Assembly (NCBI GenBank): GCA_040767805.1
Contig: JAXGNU010000007.1
Location: forward strand, 1-64,000
DNA length: 64,000 bases
DNA from: Thermovirgaceae bacterium
Lineage (GTDB): Bacteria > Synergistota > Synergistia > Synergistales > Thermovirgaceae
Direction of reading: 5' to 3'
Made by a program: the position numbers and the translations under genes. Within the stretch, counting starts at the first letter, position 1. Each line of letters opens with the position of its first letter. Positions 46,513 through 56,249 of this stretch are shown here, piece after piece. Under the pieces are notes generated by a model. The model was given only the letters and a program-made list of their open reading frames with translations. It made no database searches and was not told the origin of the DNA.

Positions 46513-48552
46513 ATGACCGAACTGGATAAAAAAATAAACGAGATCTTCCCGGGCCTGGTGGTCAGAAAGGACCTGACCAAGCTGGTGAAAGGGAACGCCA
46601 TAGTGCCCAGCTATGTCCTTGAATACCTTCTGGGGCAGTATTGCGCCACCGATGACGAGAACACGATCCTGTCAGGGGTGGAGAGGGTAAAAGAGATCCT
46701 TGCGAAGCACTACGTCCACCGAAATGAGGCTGCTTTAGTCCGTTCCAGGATCAAAGAAAAGGGCAGTCATAAAGTTATCGACAAGATAACCGTCGACCTT
46801 AACGATAAGACGGGATGCTACGAGGCAGTCTTTTCCAACCTGGGCATCAAGGGTGTTCTGGTGGACTCTTCGATAGTGAAAAAACACCAGCGACTGCTTG
46901 TGGGCGGGGTATGGTGCATTGCCGATATGGAATTCACCCGGTCGGAGGATCCACGGATAGTCCCTTGGATCATGGGGACCCTGAAGCCGATACAGGTCTC
47001 ACATTTCGATATAGAAAAATTCATTGAGGGAAGAAAGCAATTCTCCACCGAGGAATGGATCGACTTTATCATCCAGACCATCGGCTTCAATCCCGAACAA
47101 CTTAGCCAGAGGAACAAGATGTTCCAGATAACCCGGCTTGTCTGTTACTGTGAGCGAAACTACAACCTCTTGGAACTCGGACCAAAGGGAACAGGGAAGT
47201 CCCACCTCTTTTCGGAATTTTCACCCCACGGCATCCTGATATCCGGCGGAGAAGTCACCGTTGCGAAACTTTTTGTCAACAACACTACGGGAAAGATCGG
47301 TCTTGTAGGTTACTGGGATTCCGTCGCTTTCGATGAGTTCGCCGGGATGCGGAAGAAAGTGGATAAAAGCCTAGTAGATATCCTAAAAAACTACATGGCC
47401 AACAAATCCTTTTCCAGGGGGACCGAGACCCTGGGGGCGGAAGCATCTATGGCTTTCCTTGGCAACACAAAAAGATCCGTGCCCTACATGCTCAAACACA
47501 GCGACCTCTTCGATGAACTGCCTGAAAAATACAGGGACACGGCTTTCCTGGACCGGTTGCACTGTTACATCCCCGGTTGGGAAGTCGATATTCTTCGTGG
47601 CGAACTCTTTACGTCGGGATACGGTTTCATCGTCGACTACTTCGCAGAGATCCTCAAATATTTCAGAAATGAGGACTATTCTCTTGATTACAATAAATAT
47701 TTTGAACTTAACAATTCTATAGCCCAAAGAGACCTGGATGGAATTAAAAAAACTTTCTCGGGTCTTATGAAGATCCTTTACCCCGGGAGGGACTGCTCAA
47801 AGGAAGAAATACAGAGATTGCTAGCATACGCCATTGAGGGCCGAAAACGGGTTAAGGGACAGCTCCTCAGAATGGACGAGACATACATCCCTGTTGTGTT
47901 CAGTTTTACCGATAAGGAGAAAGGTAAAGAATACATAGTGAAAACCCTGGAAGAAAACCAGTACCCGGAGTTTTTCGGGCCTTCGCAGGATGAAAGAGAA
48001 GAGGCTACTCCGGCAGACGTACCAGATCCTGAACCAGTAGCGATCAAAAAAGAGTTGAAGTCGGGCAAACATATCCAGGTGATGGAGAACCAAAAAGGGA
48101 TCAGTTTCGAAAAACTATTCGCAGATTACCTTAGAGGTGCTGCTTCCATAACCATCCAGGATCCATATATCAGGTATTTCTATCAGGCGAAAAACCTGAG
48201 TGAACTCATCCAGCTAGTTATTAGGATCAAACCCGTTGGGGAAGAGGTCGACGTCAAACTTGTTACAAAACGTGATGACTCAGGCACAAGCAACCAGGAA
48301 GAGCTGCTTAACAGATTGCAGGAGAATCTCGAAGGGTCAGGGGTCAACTTCTCCTACGTATGCGATGAAAGCAACACCCTCCACGACAGATACATAACCA
48401 CGGATACGGGCTGGAAGATAATCCTGGGCCGTGGTCTGGACCTGTTCCAGCCGTATGATTACAAGGACGCCTTCTCTCTCCCCAACAACATCCAGGAAGA
48501 AAGACTCTGCAAGGCTTTCGAGGTGACGTATATCAGGAAGACCGAAACATAG
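46513..48552 (+). CDS. brxL: BrxL variant: AAA+ core with C-terminal MIT_C/PLD-like domain
   Basis: VVRKDL, EYLLGQYC and GPKGTGKSH; C-terminal DPYIR...LHDR.I.TD.GW.I.LGRGLD. Confidence 0.88.
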   Translation: MTELDKKINEIFPGLVVRKDLTKLVKGNAIVPSYVLEYLLGQYCATDDENTILSGVERVKEILAKHYVHRNEAALVRSRIKEKGSHKVIDKITVDLNDKTGCYEAVFSNLGIKGVLVDSSIVKKHQRLLVGGVWCIADMEFTRSEDPRIVPWIMGTLKPIQVSHFDIEKFIEGRKQFSTEEWIDFIIQTIGFNPEQLSQRNKMFQITRLVCYCERNYNLLELGPKGTGKSHLFSEFSPHGILISGGEVTVAKLFVNNTTGKIGLVGYWDSVAFDEFAGMRKKVDKSLVDILKNYMANKSFSRGTETLGAEASMAFLGNTKRSVPYMLKHSDLFDELPEKYRDTAFLDRLHCYIPGWEVDILRGELFTSGYGFIVDYFAEILKYFRNEDYSLDYNKYFELNNSIAQRDLDGIKKTFSGLMKILYPGRDCSKEEIQRLLAYAIEGRKRVKGQLLRMDETYIPVVFSFTDKEKGKEYIVKTLEENQYPEFFGPSQDEREEATPADVPDPEPVAIKKELKSGKHIQVMENQKGISFEKLFADYLRGAASITIQDPYIRYFYQAKNLSELIQLVIRIKPVGEEVDVKLVTKRDDSGTSNQEELLNRLQENLEGSGVNFSYVCDESNTLHDRYITTDTGWKIILGRGLDLFQPYDYKDAFSLPNNIQEERLCKAFEVTYIRKTET

Positions 48553-48815
48553 AAAAGAGAGTAAAACCATGGTCCAAGGCAGACCTTGAGGATGGTTAAA
48601 CCCGGGGGCAGAGAGGTCAGGGGCCGCAAATAGAGGATCGGGAATCGAAAGAGCCGAGACTAAGTCCTTCCGTCCATAGTGGGTTTGCACTACTGGGCTA
48701 CGTAATCCTGGGAATCCCTGAGGAATAGCGATATGGAATGTTTCGTACTGCCCTAGTTGAAGACCCGCCGCCGGACCCTTTGTCCGTCATTACTGTTGAT
48801 TCCGGAGAGAAGACC

Positions 48816-49307
48816 ATGGAGCCAGTCCGTTTCACAGCCATAGGGAAGATCAGGACGCCCTTCACGTCGAGGGAGGGGACGCCCATCCAGCCAACGGGGG
48901 CCGAGGGGGTGCTGGGAAGGGTCGAAGTGGACGAGGCCTTCCGCGAAGGGATCCGCGACCTGGAGGGTTTCTCCCATGTCATCCTCCTTTACCACTTTCA
49001 CCTCTCGGAAGGTTTTGACCTCGCCGTGAAGCCCTTCCTGGACGGCACGGTCCGAGGCCTTTTCGCCACGAGGGCGCCGAGGCGGCCCAACGCCGTCGGG
49101 CTCTCGGTGGTGAGGCTGGTATCCATCGAGGGAAGCACCCTCGTCGTCGAGGGCGTCGATATGCTGGATGGAACGCCGCTGCTCGATATCAAGCCCTTCG
49201 TCCCGGAGTTCGATGCCCCTCAGGTTGATGTCCGAACAGGGTGGCTTGAGGGCAAGGCCGATAAGGCCCGGGAGGCGAGGGCCGACAAACGTTTTTTCAA
49301 GGACTGA
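48816..49307 (+). CDS. tsaA: Short TsaA/TrmO-like SAM-binding protein, copy 1
   Basis: L.GFSH, G.FATRAP.RPN..GLS and DGTPLLDIKP motifs. Confidence 0.88.
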   Translation: MEPVRFTAIGKIRTPFTSREGTPIQPTGAEGVLGRVEVDEAFREGIRDLEGFSHVILLYHFHLSEGFDLAVKPFLDGTVRGLFATRAPRRPNAVGLSVVRLVSIEGSTLVVEGVDMLDGTPLLDIKPFVPEFDAPQVDVRTGWLEGKADKAREARADKRFFKD

Positions 49308-49521
49308 CGGCCGCTTCCTGGCACTTGACCTGGAACAGGATTTACACGATGGCCCTCTTCGGGATCCACTTTTTCTTTTTCGGAAGGACACCCGGCCTTT
49401 CGGGGAAAAGGTTGAGCGCCTGGTGAGGTATTGAGGCGGGATTGGGTTCTTTCGCTGTCCAGCCACAGCAATGAAACCGTCAACTTGCGATTGATTATCA
49501 ATAGTGTTAGCATCGGTGCAT

Positions 49522-49622
49522 AACTCCTCCGAGCCTCTCCTTCTAAGGGGATGGACCTATGAAGGAAGGCCGAAAGGGTGTCGCTGGAAACGGCGGCGCC
49601 TCCCGTGTTTGGGAAGGAGGGG
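49522..49622 (+). ncRNA. Moco/Tuco-family riboswitch
   Basis: TCCGAG...TCTAAG/TATGA tetraloop-receptor stem, CC-GAAA-GG, GAAA-capped stem, GCCTCCCGT...GGGAAGGAG; directly upstream of modA. Confidence 0.8.
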
Positions 49623-49691
49623 CCGCTTTCGCTACGCGTGCCCTCTTCCTGTGACCGGGTGGAGGGCATTTTTAATGGAGGTGTAAGGATC

Positions 49692-50474
49692 ATGAGGAAA
49701 TTAGCGACGGCAATGCTGCTCTTGGTCTTGTCATTACCCCTTTTTTTCGTCACTCCGTCCCTCGCCGCTGAGGAGCCCCTGGTGGTTTATTGCGGGGCGG
49801 GCCTGATGAAACCAATGGACGAGATCAAGGAAACCTTTGAGCAGGAGACGGGGATGCCTGTAAGGATGATCTATGCCGGTTCCGGCGAACTTTTCGGCAT
49901 GATATCCACAAGGCAGGAGGGCGACGTCTACATCCCGGGCGATATCAAGTACACCATGGACGCGCTGGAAAAGGGCATATCCATCGAGGACGGCATGGAG
50001 ACGATATGCTATCACGTTCCGGTCATCCTCGTTCCAGCGGGGAACCCGGGAAAGGTCAATTCCCTCGAGGACCTCGGCAAGGAAGGCATCAGGGTGGCGC
50101 TGGCCGATGAGAAGGCGGCGGCCATCGGGAATGTGACCATCGCCCTTCTGAAGAAGAACAATATCCTGGACCAGGTCCTTAAAAATGTCGTGACGAAACC
50201 GAGCACCACCAATCAGCTGTTGATCTACACCGCTACAGCCCAGGTGGATGCGACCATAGCCTGGGAAGACCAGGCCCTCTGGGCCGAGGGCAAGGGGAAG
50301 ATTGAAGTGGTACGGATACCCTCCGAACAGAACCTGATTAAGACGATCCCTGCCTCGGTGGTTACCTATACCAAGCGGCTGGAAGACGCGAAGGCCTTTA
50401 TTCGCTACATAACTACCGAAGAGAGCAAAGCGGTCTGGAATAACTGGGGTTTCCCGATAGAGAAGCCCCAATAG
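49692..50474 (+). CDS. modA: Molybdate/tungstate ABC transporter substrate-binding protein
   Basis: Signal peptide; YCGAGL..P, YAGSG.L, GNP.....L.DL and AIG motifs. Confidence 0.85.
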   Translation: MRKLATAMLLLVLSLPLFFVTPSLAAEEPLVVYCGAGLMKPMDEIKETFEQETGMPVRMIYAGSGELFGMISTRQEGDVYIPGDIKYTMDALEKGISIEDGMETICYHVPVILVPAGNPGKVNSLEDLGKEGIRVALADEKAAAIGNVTIALLKKNNILDQVLKNVVTKPSTTNQLLIYTATAQVDATIAWEDQALWAEGKGKIEVVRIPSEQNLIKTIPASVVTYTKRLEDAKAFIRYITTEESKAVWNNWGFPIEKPQ

Positions 50475-50480
50475 GCAGTT

Positions 50481-51266
50481 ATGAGCAACAAGATCTTCAA
50501 GGCAGCCCTGGGGGGAGCGACGGTCCTGTTCTCGGGGCTCCTCATCTGGGCGATCCTTTCCCTTATCCTGATGCCCGAGGTGTCGGAGTTCGTCGAGAGC
50601 ACTCTTTCCGAGGAGATGCTCTACAGCATAAAGCTGTCGCTTTTCACCAGCCTGATCTCCGTGGCGCTGGTGATGGTGCTCGCCGTTTCGATAGGTTACG
50701 TGCTGGCCCGATTCACCTTTCCGGGGCATAACCTCCTGAGAACCATTGTCGACCTGCCCATGGCGTTCCCTGAGCTGGTCTTGGGGCTGTGCCTCCTTCT
50801 ACTTTTCGGTCATACTCCTTTCGGGAAGTGGCTTCAGTCGATGGGTGTGAACGTGGTTTTCAGCAAGTATTCCATCGTCGTCGCCCAGGTCTTCACGGCC
50901 GCGCCCTATGCCATCAGGGTCGTCTACGGTACCTTCCGGGGGATCAGCCCGAGGTACGAGATGGTCGCCCGGAGCCTGGGCTGCGGATTGCTGGGCAGTT
51001 TTTTAAGGGTCTCCGTCCCCATGGCGAAGGGCGGCCTTTTCGCCGCCGCGGTCATAGCCTTCGCGCGGTGCATGGGGTGCTTCGGGACGGTGCTTATCCT
51101 GGCGGGGGGTACCCGGATGTACACCGAGACCCTCCCCATAACGCTCTATCTGAATATCTCCTACGGCAACCTGGCGATGGCCATGTCTTCGGGGATCATC
51201 CTGATCTTCATATCCCTGGGGGCCATTATCGTATTCGAGGTCCTGAACCAGGAGGTGGTCCTGTAG
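50481..51266 (+). CDS. modB: Molybdate/tungstate ABC permease
   Basis: DLPM..P..V.G, ARSLG (EAA loop) and FAR..G.FG motifs. Confidence 0.85.
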   Translation: MSNKIFKAALGGATVLFSGLLIWAILSLILMPEVSEFVESTLSEEMLYSIKLSLFTSLISVALVMVLAVSIGYVLARFTFPGHNLLRTIVDLPMAFPELVLGLCLLLLFGHTPFGKWLQSMGVNVVFSKYSIVVAQVFTAAPYAIRVVYGTFRGISPRYEMVARSLGCGLLGSFLRVSVPMAKGGLFAAAVIAFARCMGCFGTVLILAGGTRMYTETLPITLYLNISYGNLAMAMSSGIILIFISLGAIIVFEVLNQEVVL

Positions 51267-52373
51267 GTGGACCTGCTCTCGGTAAGGAACCTTTCCGTTG
51301 ACCTGGGCAACTTCAGCCTCAAGGATATCTCCTTCGGGGTCCCTGAAGGCTCCTACTGTTGCCTGCTGGGCGCTTCAGGCGCGGGGAAGACCGTGCTTTT
51401 GGAGACGATAATAGGCGCCTTCCACCCCAAACAGGGAAAGGTCTTCCTCAGGGGCAAAGACGTAACCGCGTGGCCGCCGGAAAAGAGGAGGCTGGGGATC
51501 GTCTACCAGGACTATATGCTTTTCCCCCACCTGGATGTCCGGGGCAACATCGCCTTCGGGCTTAAGGGCCAGGGATTGACAACCGACCAGATCGATCTCA
51601 GGGTCATCAAGATCTCCAGGCAGCTCGAAATTGAAGACCTCCTTGAGAGGGATGTCGCCACTCTCTCGGGAGGGGAACAGCAGCGTTGCGCCCTGGCGAG
51701 GGCCCTCGTGACCGAACCGGAGATCCTGCTGCTCGATGAGGCTTTCAGCGCCCTTGACGTGAATACCAGGGAAAGGCTTCGCATGATGATGGCCAGGGTC
51801 GTCCGTGAGATCGGCATCACCGTTCTGCATGTAACCCATGACCGGGAAGATGTATGGGCCCTGGCCACCCACGTGGCTGTCATCAACGACGGCGAAATGC
51901 TCCAACACGGGACTCCTGAAGACCTTTTCAGGCGCCCAAGGCCGGGGTACGTGGCCAGCCTGATGGGCGCTGGCAACATCCTTACCGGGAAGGTAGTCAG
52001 CGAGACCGGCGCCGACCTCGGTGTCGTCCTTGCCAATGGGAGCCGGCTTTATTCGACGGAGAACCTGGTTATGGGGAGCGATGTAACCCTGTCGATAAGG
52101 CCGGAGGATATCATAGTTGCCAGGGAAGAGTCGGTCACCTCGGCCAGGAACAGGGTACCCGTCACCCTTTCAGAGATAAAACGGCGGGGGCCGCTGACCT
52201 GGCTGACAGGCAGGTCAGGGGACCTTGAACTCGTTGCGGTGGTCACCGCGAGCGGCTATGAATCCCTGGACGCTTCCCTGGGGGATAGGTGTTTTTTCAT
52301 CTTCAAGGCCAGTTCTCTCTGCTTGATCGAGGATAGTTCTCAAGCAGTGGGGATGGAATCTAATATTCCGTAA
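51267..52373 (+). CDS. modC: Molybdate/tungstate ABC ATPase with TOBE domains
   Basis: GASGAGKT, LSGGEQQR and LDE; SARN...KAS Mop/TOBE tail. Confidence 0.85.
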   Translation: MDLLSVRNLSVDLGNFSLKDISFGVPEGSYCCLLGASGAGKTVLLETIIGAFHPKQGKVFLRGKDVTAWPPEKRRLGIVYQDYMLFPHLDVRGNIAFGLKGQGLTTDQIDLRVIKISRQLEIEDLLERDVATLSGGEQQRCALARALVTEPEILLLDEAFSALDVNTRERLRMMMARVVREIGITVLHVTHDREDVWALATHVAVINDGEMLQHGTPEDLFRRPRPGYVASLMGAGNILTGKVVSETGADLGVVLANGSRLYSTENLVMGSDVTLSIRPEDIIVAREESVTSARNRVPVTLSEIKRRGPLTWLTGRSGDLELVAVVTASGYESLDASLGDRCFFIFKASSLCLIEDSSQAVGMESNIP

Positions 52374-52386
52374 AAGGGAAGATATC

Positions 52387-52878
52387 ATGGATCCTATAAA
52401 GTATTCGGCCATCGGGATCATCAGGACCCCCTACAGGTCGAGGGAGGGGACGCCCGTACAGCCTCCTGGGGCCGGGGGGGTCCTGGGTCGGGTCGAGGTG
52501 GATGAAGCTTTTAGGGACGGGCTTAAAGACCTGGAGGGGTTCTCCCACCTGATCCTTCTTTATCATTTCCATCGTTCTGAGGGTTTCGAACTCACGGTAA
52601 AACCTTTCCTGGATCAGGCCGTTCACGGCCTTTTCGCGACCAGGGCTCCCAGAAGGCCAAACGGGATAGGCCTTTCGGTTGTGAGGCTCGTAACGATGAT
52701 TAAGGGAGTCCTCGTCGTCGAGGGCGTCGACATGCTGGATGGGACGCCGCTGCTCGACATCAAGCCCTTCGTCCCGGAGTTCGACGCCCCTCGGGATGAG
52801 GTCCGCGTAGGGTGGCTCGAGGGCAAGGCCGTTAACGCCCGGGAGGCGAGGGCCGACAAGCGATTTTACGAAGACTGA
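52387..52878 (+). CDS. tsaA: Short TsaA/TrmO-like SAM-binding protein, copy 2
   Basis: Same motifs and length (163 aa) as copy 1. Confidence 0.88.
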   Translation: MDPIKYSAIGIIRTPYRSREGTPVQPPGAGGVLGRVEVDEAFRDGLKDLEGFSHLILLYHFHRSEGFELTVKPFLDQAVHGLFATRAPRRPNGIGLSVVRLVTMIKGVLVVEGVDMLDGTPLLDIKPFVPEFDAPRDEVRVGWLEGKAVNAREARADKRFYED

Positions 52879-52924
52879 CGGCCGCTTAAGGTGTCGGTCC
52901 TTGTCCCGACCGAACGGTGGGAAG

Positions 52925-52962
52925 AAAAAGATCTCCCGACCTCGAGGTCGGGAGATCTTTTT
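52925..52962. terminator. Bidirectional terminator (perfect 38-bp palindrome)
   Basis: aaaaagatctcccgacctcgaggtcgggagatcttttt between convergent genes. Confidence 0.85.
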
Positions 52963-53049
52963 GGACATGCCGAAGGCCCGTTCTGAAGCTAGGCGGTTGG
53001 GTTGCCGTCGCCGGTGCGCGGGACCTCCCTGCGACTTAAGCCGGCCTTC

Positions 53050-55839
53050 CTACGATCCTAGGCCCGCCAGGATCTTTTGAGGGTCGGCAGGCAGCCGGGT
53101 TACGCGGACCCCCGTGGCATTGTAGACGGCGTTCAGTATAGCAGCGTGGGGCGACGTGAGCGGAGCTTCCCCTGTCCCGGAAGCGCCGAAGGGGCCGAAT
53201 TCCCTGGGGGTCTCCATGTGGATCAACTGCATCTTGTCGGGTATATCCATGGGGTAGGGGAATCCGCAGGAAACCAGGTTCGTGTGCTTTCTCACATCCT
53301 CGAAGTCCTCCGTCAGGGCAAGGCCTATCCCCTGCGCGATGCCGCCGATAAGCTGGCCCTCAACGATGGTGTAATTGTTTATCTTGCCCACGTCACTTAC
53401 CAGGGTAAACTTTTCCACCTTGGTTTCGCCCGTTTCCACGTCAACGGCCACTTCGGCCATGAAAAGGCCGAACATGTGGTTTGCGACAGGATAGCCTTGG
53501 CCTGTCTTGTCGTCGGGCGGCGTGCAATGCTGTATCTCCCCGTCGAGGTTACGGAGCGTGGCCTTCCAGTAACCCTCATAAAAGGTGGGGATCCCCTCCT
53601 CGACCATCTCCTCGTAGGTCCGGAAGGTCCCGTCAGGGCGGGCCATGGCCTCCAGCAACTGGTTGCAGCTGTCGATAATGGCGTTACCGACCATGATCTG
53701 GCTCCGGCTGGCCGCCGCGGCTCCGCTATTGGGAGCTTTGGCGGTGTCATTGCAGACCAGCTTTATCTGTTCGGGCCTGATGCCGAGGGGTTTAAGGGCC
53801 TCATGGGCCGTTCCCACGCATCCTATGTCGGCGCCCTGCCCGTGATCCTCCCAGGTGTTGTAGAGGACGACCCCGTCCTTTGTCAGCTCGATGCTGCTCC
53901 TGGCCTCGTCGGGCCCTACGGAGTTGGCGTTGTAGATGCCTATGGCAACTCCTACGCCCCGTTTTACGCGTTCCGTCGATAGTGCCGCGGCACGTTTTTT
54001 GGCCTCCCCGTACAGGGGTTTCAACCTGGTGATCATGGCCAGCAACGGGTAGATCTCGGGCTTTTGCCCTACGGGCATGGTGTCCCCGGGGCGCATGACG
54101 TTCTTCTCTCTGAACTCCAGGGGGTCCATGCCGACCTTTTCCGCGAGCATGTCAATGGCGATCTCCCCGGCGAAATAGGTCTGGGGGGCGCCATAAGCAC
54201 GGAAGGCCCCGCACCATTTGTGGTTCGTGAAGTGGGTGTAGCCGCAGCCCCTGAAGTTCTCCACCCTGTAAGGGGCGCAGAAGAAAAGTCCGCCCATGTT
54301 TGTCAGCTTCTCGCTGGCTTCCGAGAAGGGGCCGTGATCGACGTGCCAGTAATGCTCGGCACCGATGATCCTGCCCTCCTCGTCCGCCCCGATCTTCACC
54401 CGCATGAGGAAGGGTGACCGCTTGGGAGTCCTGATTATATGCTCCTTCATGTCCAGACGCATGTAGACGGGGAGCCCGGTGGCGATGACGCAGGCGCCGA
54501 TGAGATGCTCGTTGGTGACGGCCACTTTGTACCCGAAGGTAGCGCCGGTATTGTTCTGAATGACACGGATCTTGGAGGGCGGCACTCCCAGGCCTCTGGC
54601 GATCATCATCTGGTGGGCGTAGATCATGATGCTCTTGCTCTGGATCGTAACACGCCCTTCCTCGTCGTAATAACCGAAGCCGCAGTCCGTCTCTATGGTC
54701 AGGTGAGGCTGGCGGGAGCTCAGGAATTCCTCTTCGACCACGAAGGGCGACTTTTCGAGGAGCGGGGCGGGGTCCTCACCCTTGATGAAGGGACGTTTAT
54801 TGAAACAGTTGGGCATCCCGTCGATACCTTCGATCTCGTCGTAAACCTTCGGGGCGTCCTTTTTCATCGCTTCCATGACGCTCATTACCGGAGTCAGTTC
54901 CTCAAGCTCGACGCGGATCATTTCCGCCGCGGCCCTTGCTTCCTTTTCCGTCGATGCGCAGACTATCGCCACAGCTTCACCCCACTGGCGGATCTTGTCC
55001 CCTTCGGGGACTAGGATCCGTCTCTCCCACCCGTCGGTGCTGGTCGTCTCGGAGCCAACCTGGCCGCGGATGCGGTTGGTACCCTTGTTGGCAAAGATAT
55101 CCTCAGCGGTGACGATCTTGTGTACGCCGGGCATTTTCTCAGCTTCGGAGAGGTCAATGGACTTCACTAATGCGTGGTGGGTCTCCGGGCAGACTGGTAC
55201 GGCGAACAAGGTGCCCTCGGGCAATTTCAGCTTAACGTCGTCGCCGAAGTCAAAGGTTCCTGTAGCCTTGTAAACGGCGTTAGGCCTTGGATATCTTGTG
55301 CCCCAGACGGAGCCATCCTTTCCGAGCAGTTCCGAAAAGTCTGTCATCTCTTCTTCACCGCGCAGTACCTTGGCCGCCAGCATCACCGCGTCGGTTATTT
55401 GGATGTATCCCGTACAGCGGCAGGCATTCCGGTTCTTTTGGAACCACTCCCTGACATCATCACGGCTGGGGTTAGGATTATTGTCCAAAAGGGCCTTGGC
55501 GCTCATTATAAAACCCGGTGTGCAGAACCCGCACTGGATAGCCCCCGTTTTAATAAAGGCCCATTGCAGTGCGTGGAGTTTTCCTGGGGCCCCCAGCCCT
55601 TCAATGGTGAGGATCGCCGCATCCTCGGGAACGGTGCTCCATTTAACAATGCAGGAACGGACCAGCTTTCCGTTCATCAACACGTTACAGGCACCGCACT
55701 GGCCGACCCCGCATCCTACCTTCGTCCCCGTCAGCCCCAATTGATCTCTTATCACTGTGGAAAGGAACGTGTCAGGGTAAGCGACAACGTTCGATGGCAC
55801 ACCGTTCACAATAATGCGCTTTCTCGTCGCCTGCTTCAT
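53050..55839 (-). CDS. Mop-type molybdenum (MCD) aldehyde oxidoreductase, xanthine oxidase family
   Basis: GC..GQCGAC, QCGFCTPG and CRCTGY [2Fe-2S] motifs; GATFGYK, AFRAYG and GASG.GE; no FAD domain. Confidence 0.9.
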   Translation of the reverse strand: MKQATRKRIIVNGVPSNVVAYPDTFLSTVIRDQLGLTGTKVGCGVGQCGACNVLMNGKLVRSCIVKWSTVPEDAAILTIEGLGAPGKLHALQWAFIKTGAIQCGFCTPGFIMSAKALLDNNPNPSRDDVREWFQKNRNACRCTGYIQITDAVMLAAKVLRGEEEMTDFSELLGKDGSVWGTRYPRPNAVYKATGTFDFGDDVKLKLPEGTLFAVPVCPETHHALVKSIDLSEAEKMPGVHKIVTAEDIFANKGTNRIRGQVGSETTSTDGWERRILVPEGDKIRQWGEAVAIVCASTEKEARAAAEMIRVELEELTPVMSVMEAMKKDAPKVYDEIEGIDGMPNCFNKRPFIKGEDPAPLLEKSPFVVEEEFLSSRQPHLTIETDCGFGYYDEEGRVTIQSKSIMIYAHQMMIARGLGVPPSKIRVIQNNTGATFGYKVAVTNEHLIGACVIATGLPVYMRLDMKEHIIRTPKRSPFLMRVKIGADEEGRIIGAEHYWHVDHGPFSEASEKLTNMGGLFFCAPYRVENFRGCGYTHFTNHKWCGAFRAYGAPQTYFAGEIAIDMLAEKVGMDPLEFREKNVMRPGDTMPVGQKPEIYPLLAMITRLKPLYGEAKKRAAALSTERVKRGVGVAIGIYNANSVGPDEARSSIELTKDGVVLYNTWEDHGQGADIGCVGTAHEALKPLGIRPEQIKLVCNDTAKAPNSGAAAASRSQIMVGNAIIDSCNQLLEAMARPDGTFRTYEEMVEEGIPTFYEGYWKATLRNLDGEIQHCTPPDDKTGQGYPVANHMFGLFMAEVAVDVETGETKVEKFTLVSDVGKINNYTIVEGQLIGGIAQGIGLALTEDFEDVRKHTNLVSCGFPYPMDIPDKMQLIHMETPREFGPFGASGTGEAPLTSPHAAILNAVYNATGVRVTRLPADPQKILAGLGS

Positions 55840-56249
55840 CTCGATCACCCTTTTTTGTATTGTTTTATCCAGGGGCGATTTTCCTCAATGCCAAAGCGGG
55901 TTCACAGACGTCCCCTCAACGGGTTTTCCCTTTGGGGGGTATGACACGACCGTTGAAGGGCTGATCTTCGCTCCCGGCCTGGCGCAGCGTTGGGGTGAGC
56001 CCGGCCGACAGGAGGCGATGGCTGGGATATGATTGTATACTGATACAGCCCCGGTTCAATTTTTTGGGGAATAAAATTTCTTTTTGTTCGGAATTGTTCA
56101 CGGTTAAACCGGACTGAAGGGGAAAGGTTTCTTTTTTTAATAACGGAACTGTAGGGACAACGGGGATATTCCTCCCATGCAATCCCACCGCACAAGCATG
56201 GCGCGACGGTTTTACCCGGGTGGGACTTCCGGTGGAAGGCCGCTCGTCC

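Larger units (their letters stand above)
26187..48560. mobile_element. tRNA-Leu-adjacent defence island (boundaries approximate; no integrase seen)
   Basis: Abrupt drop in GC after the tRNA; defence gene cluster and an IS; host repeats absent. Confidence 0.65.

Noticed and set aside
55905..55945. c-di-GMP-I riboswitch
   Set aside because: Partial resemblance only; lacks the GAAA tetraloop and the GCAAAG/P3 elements
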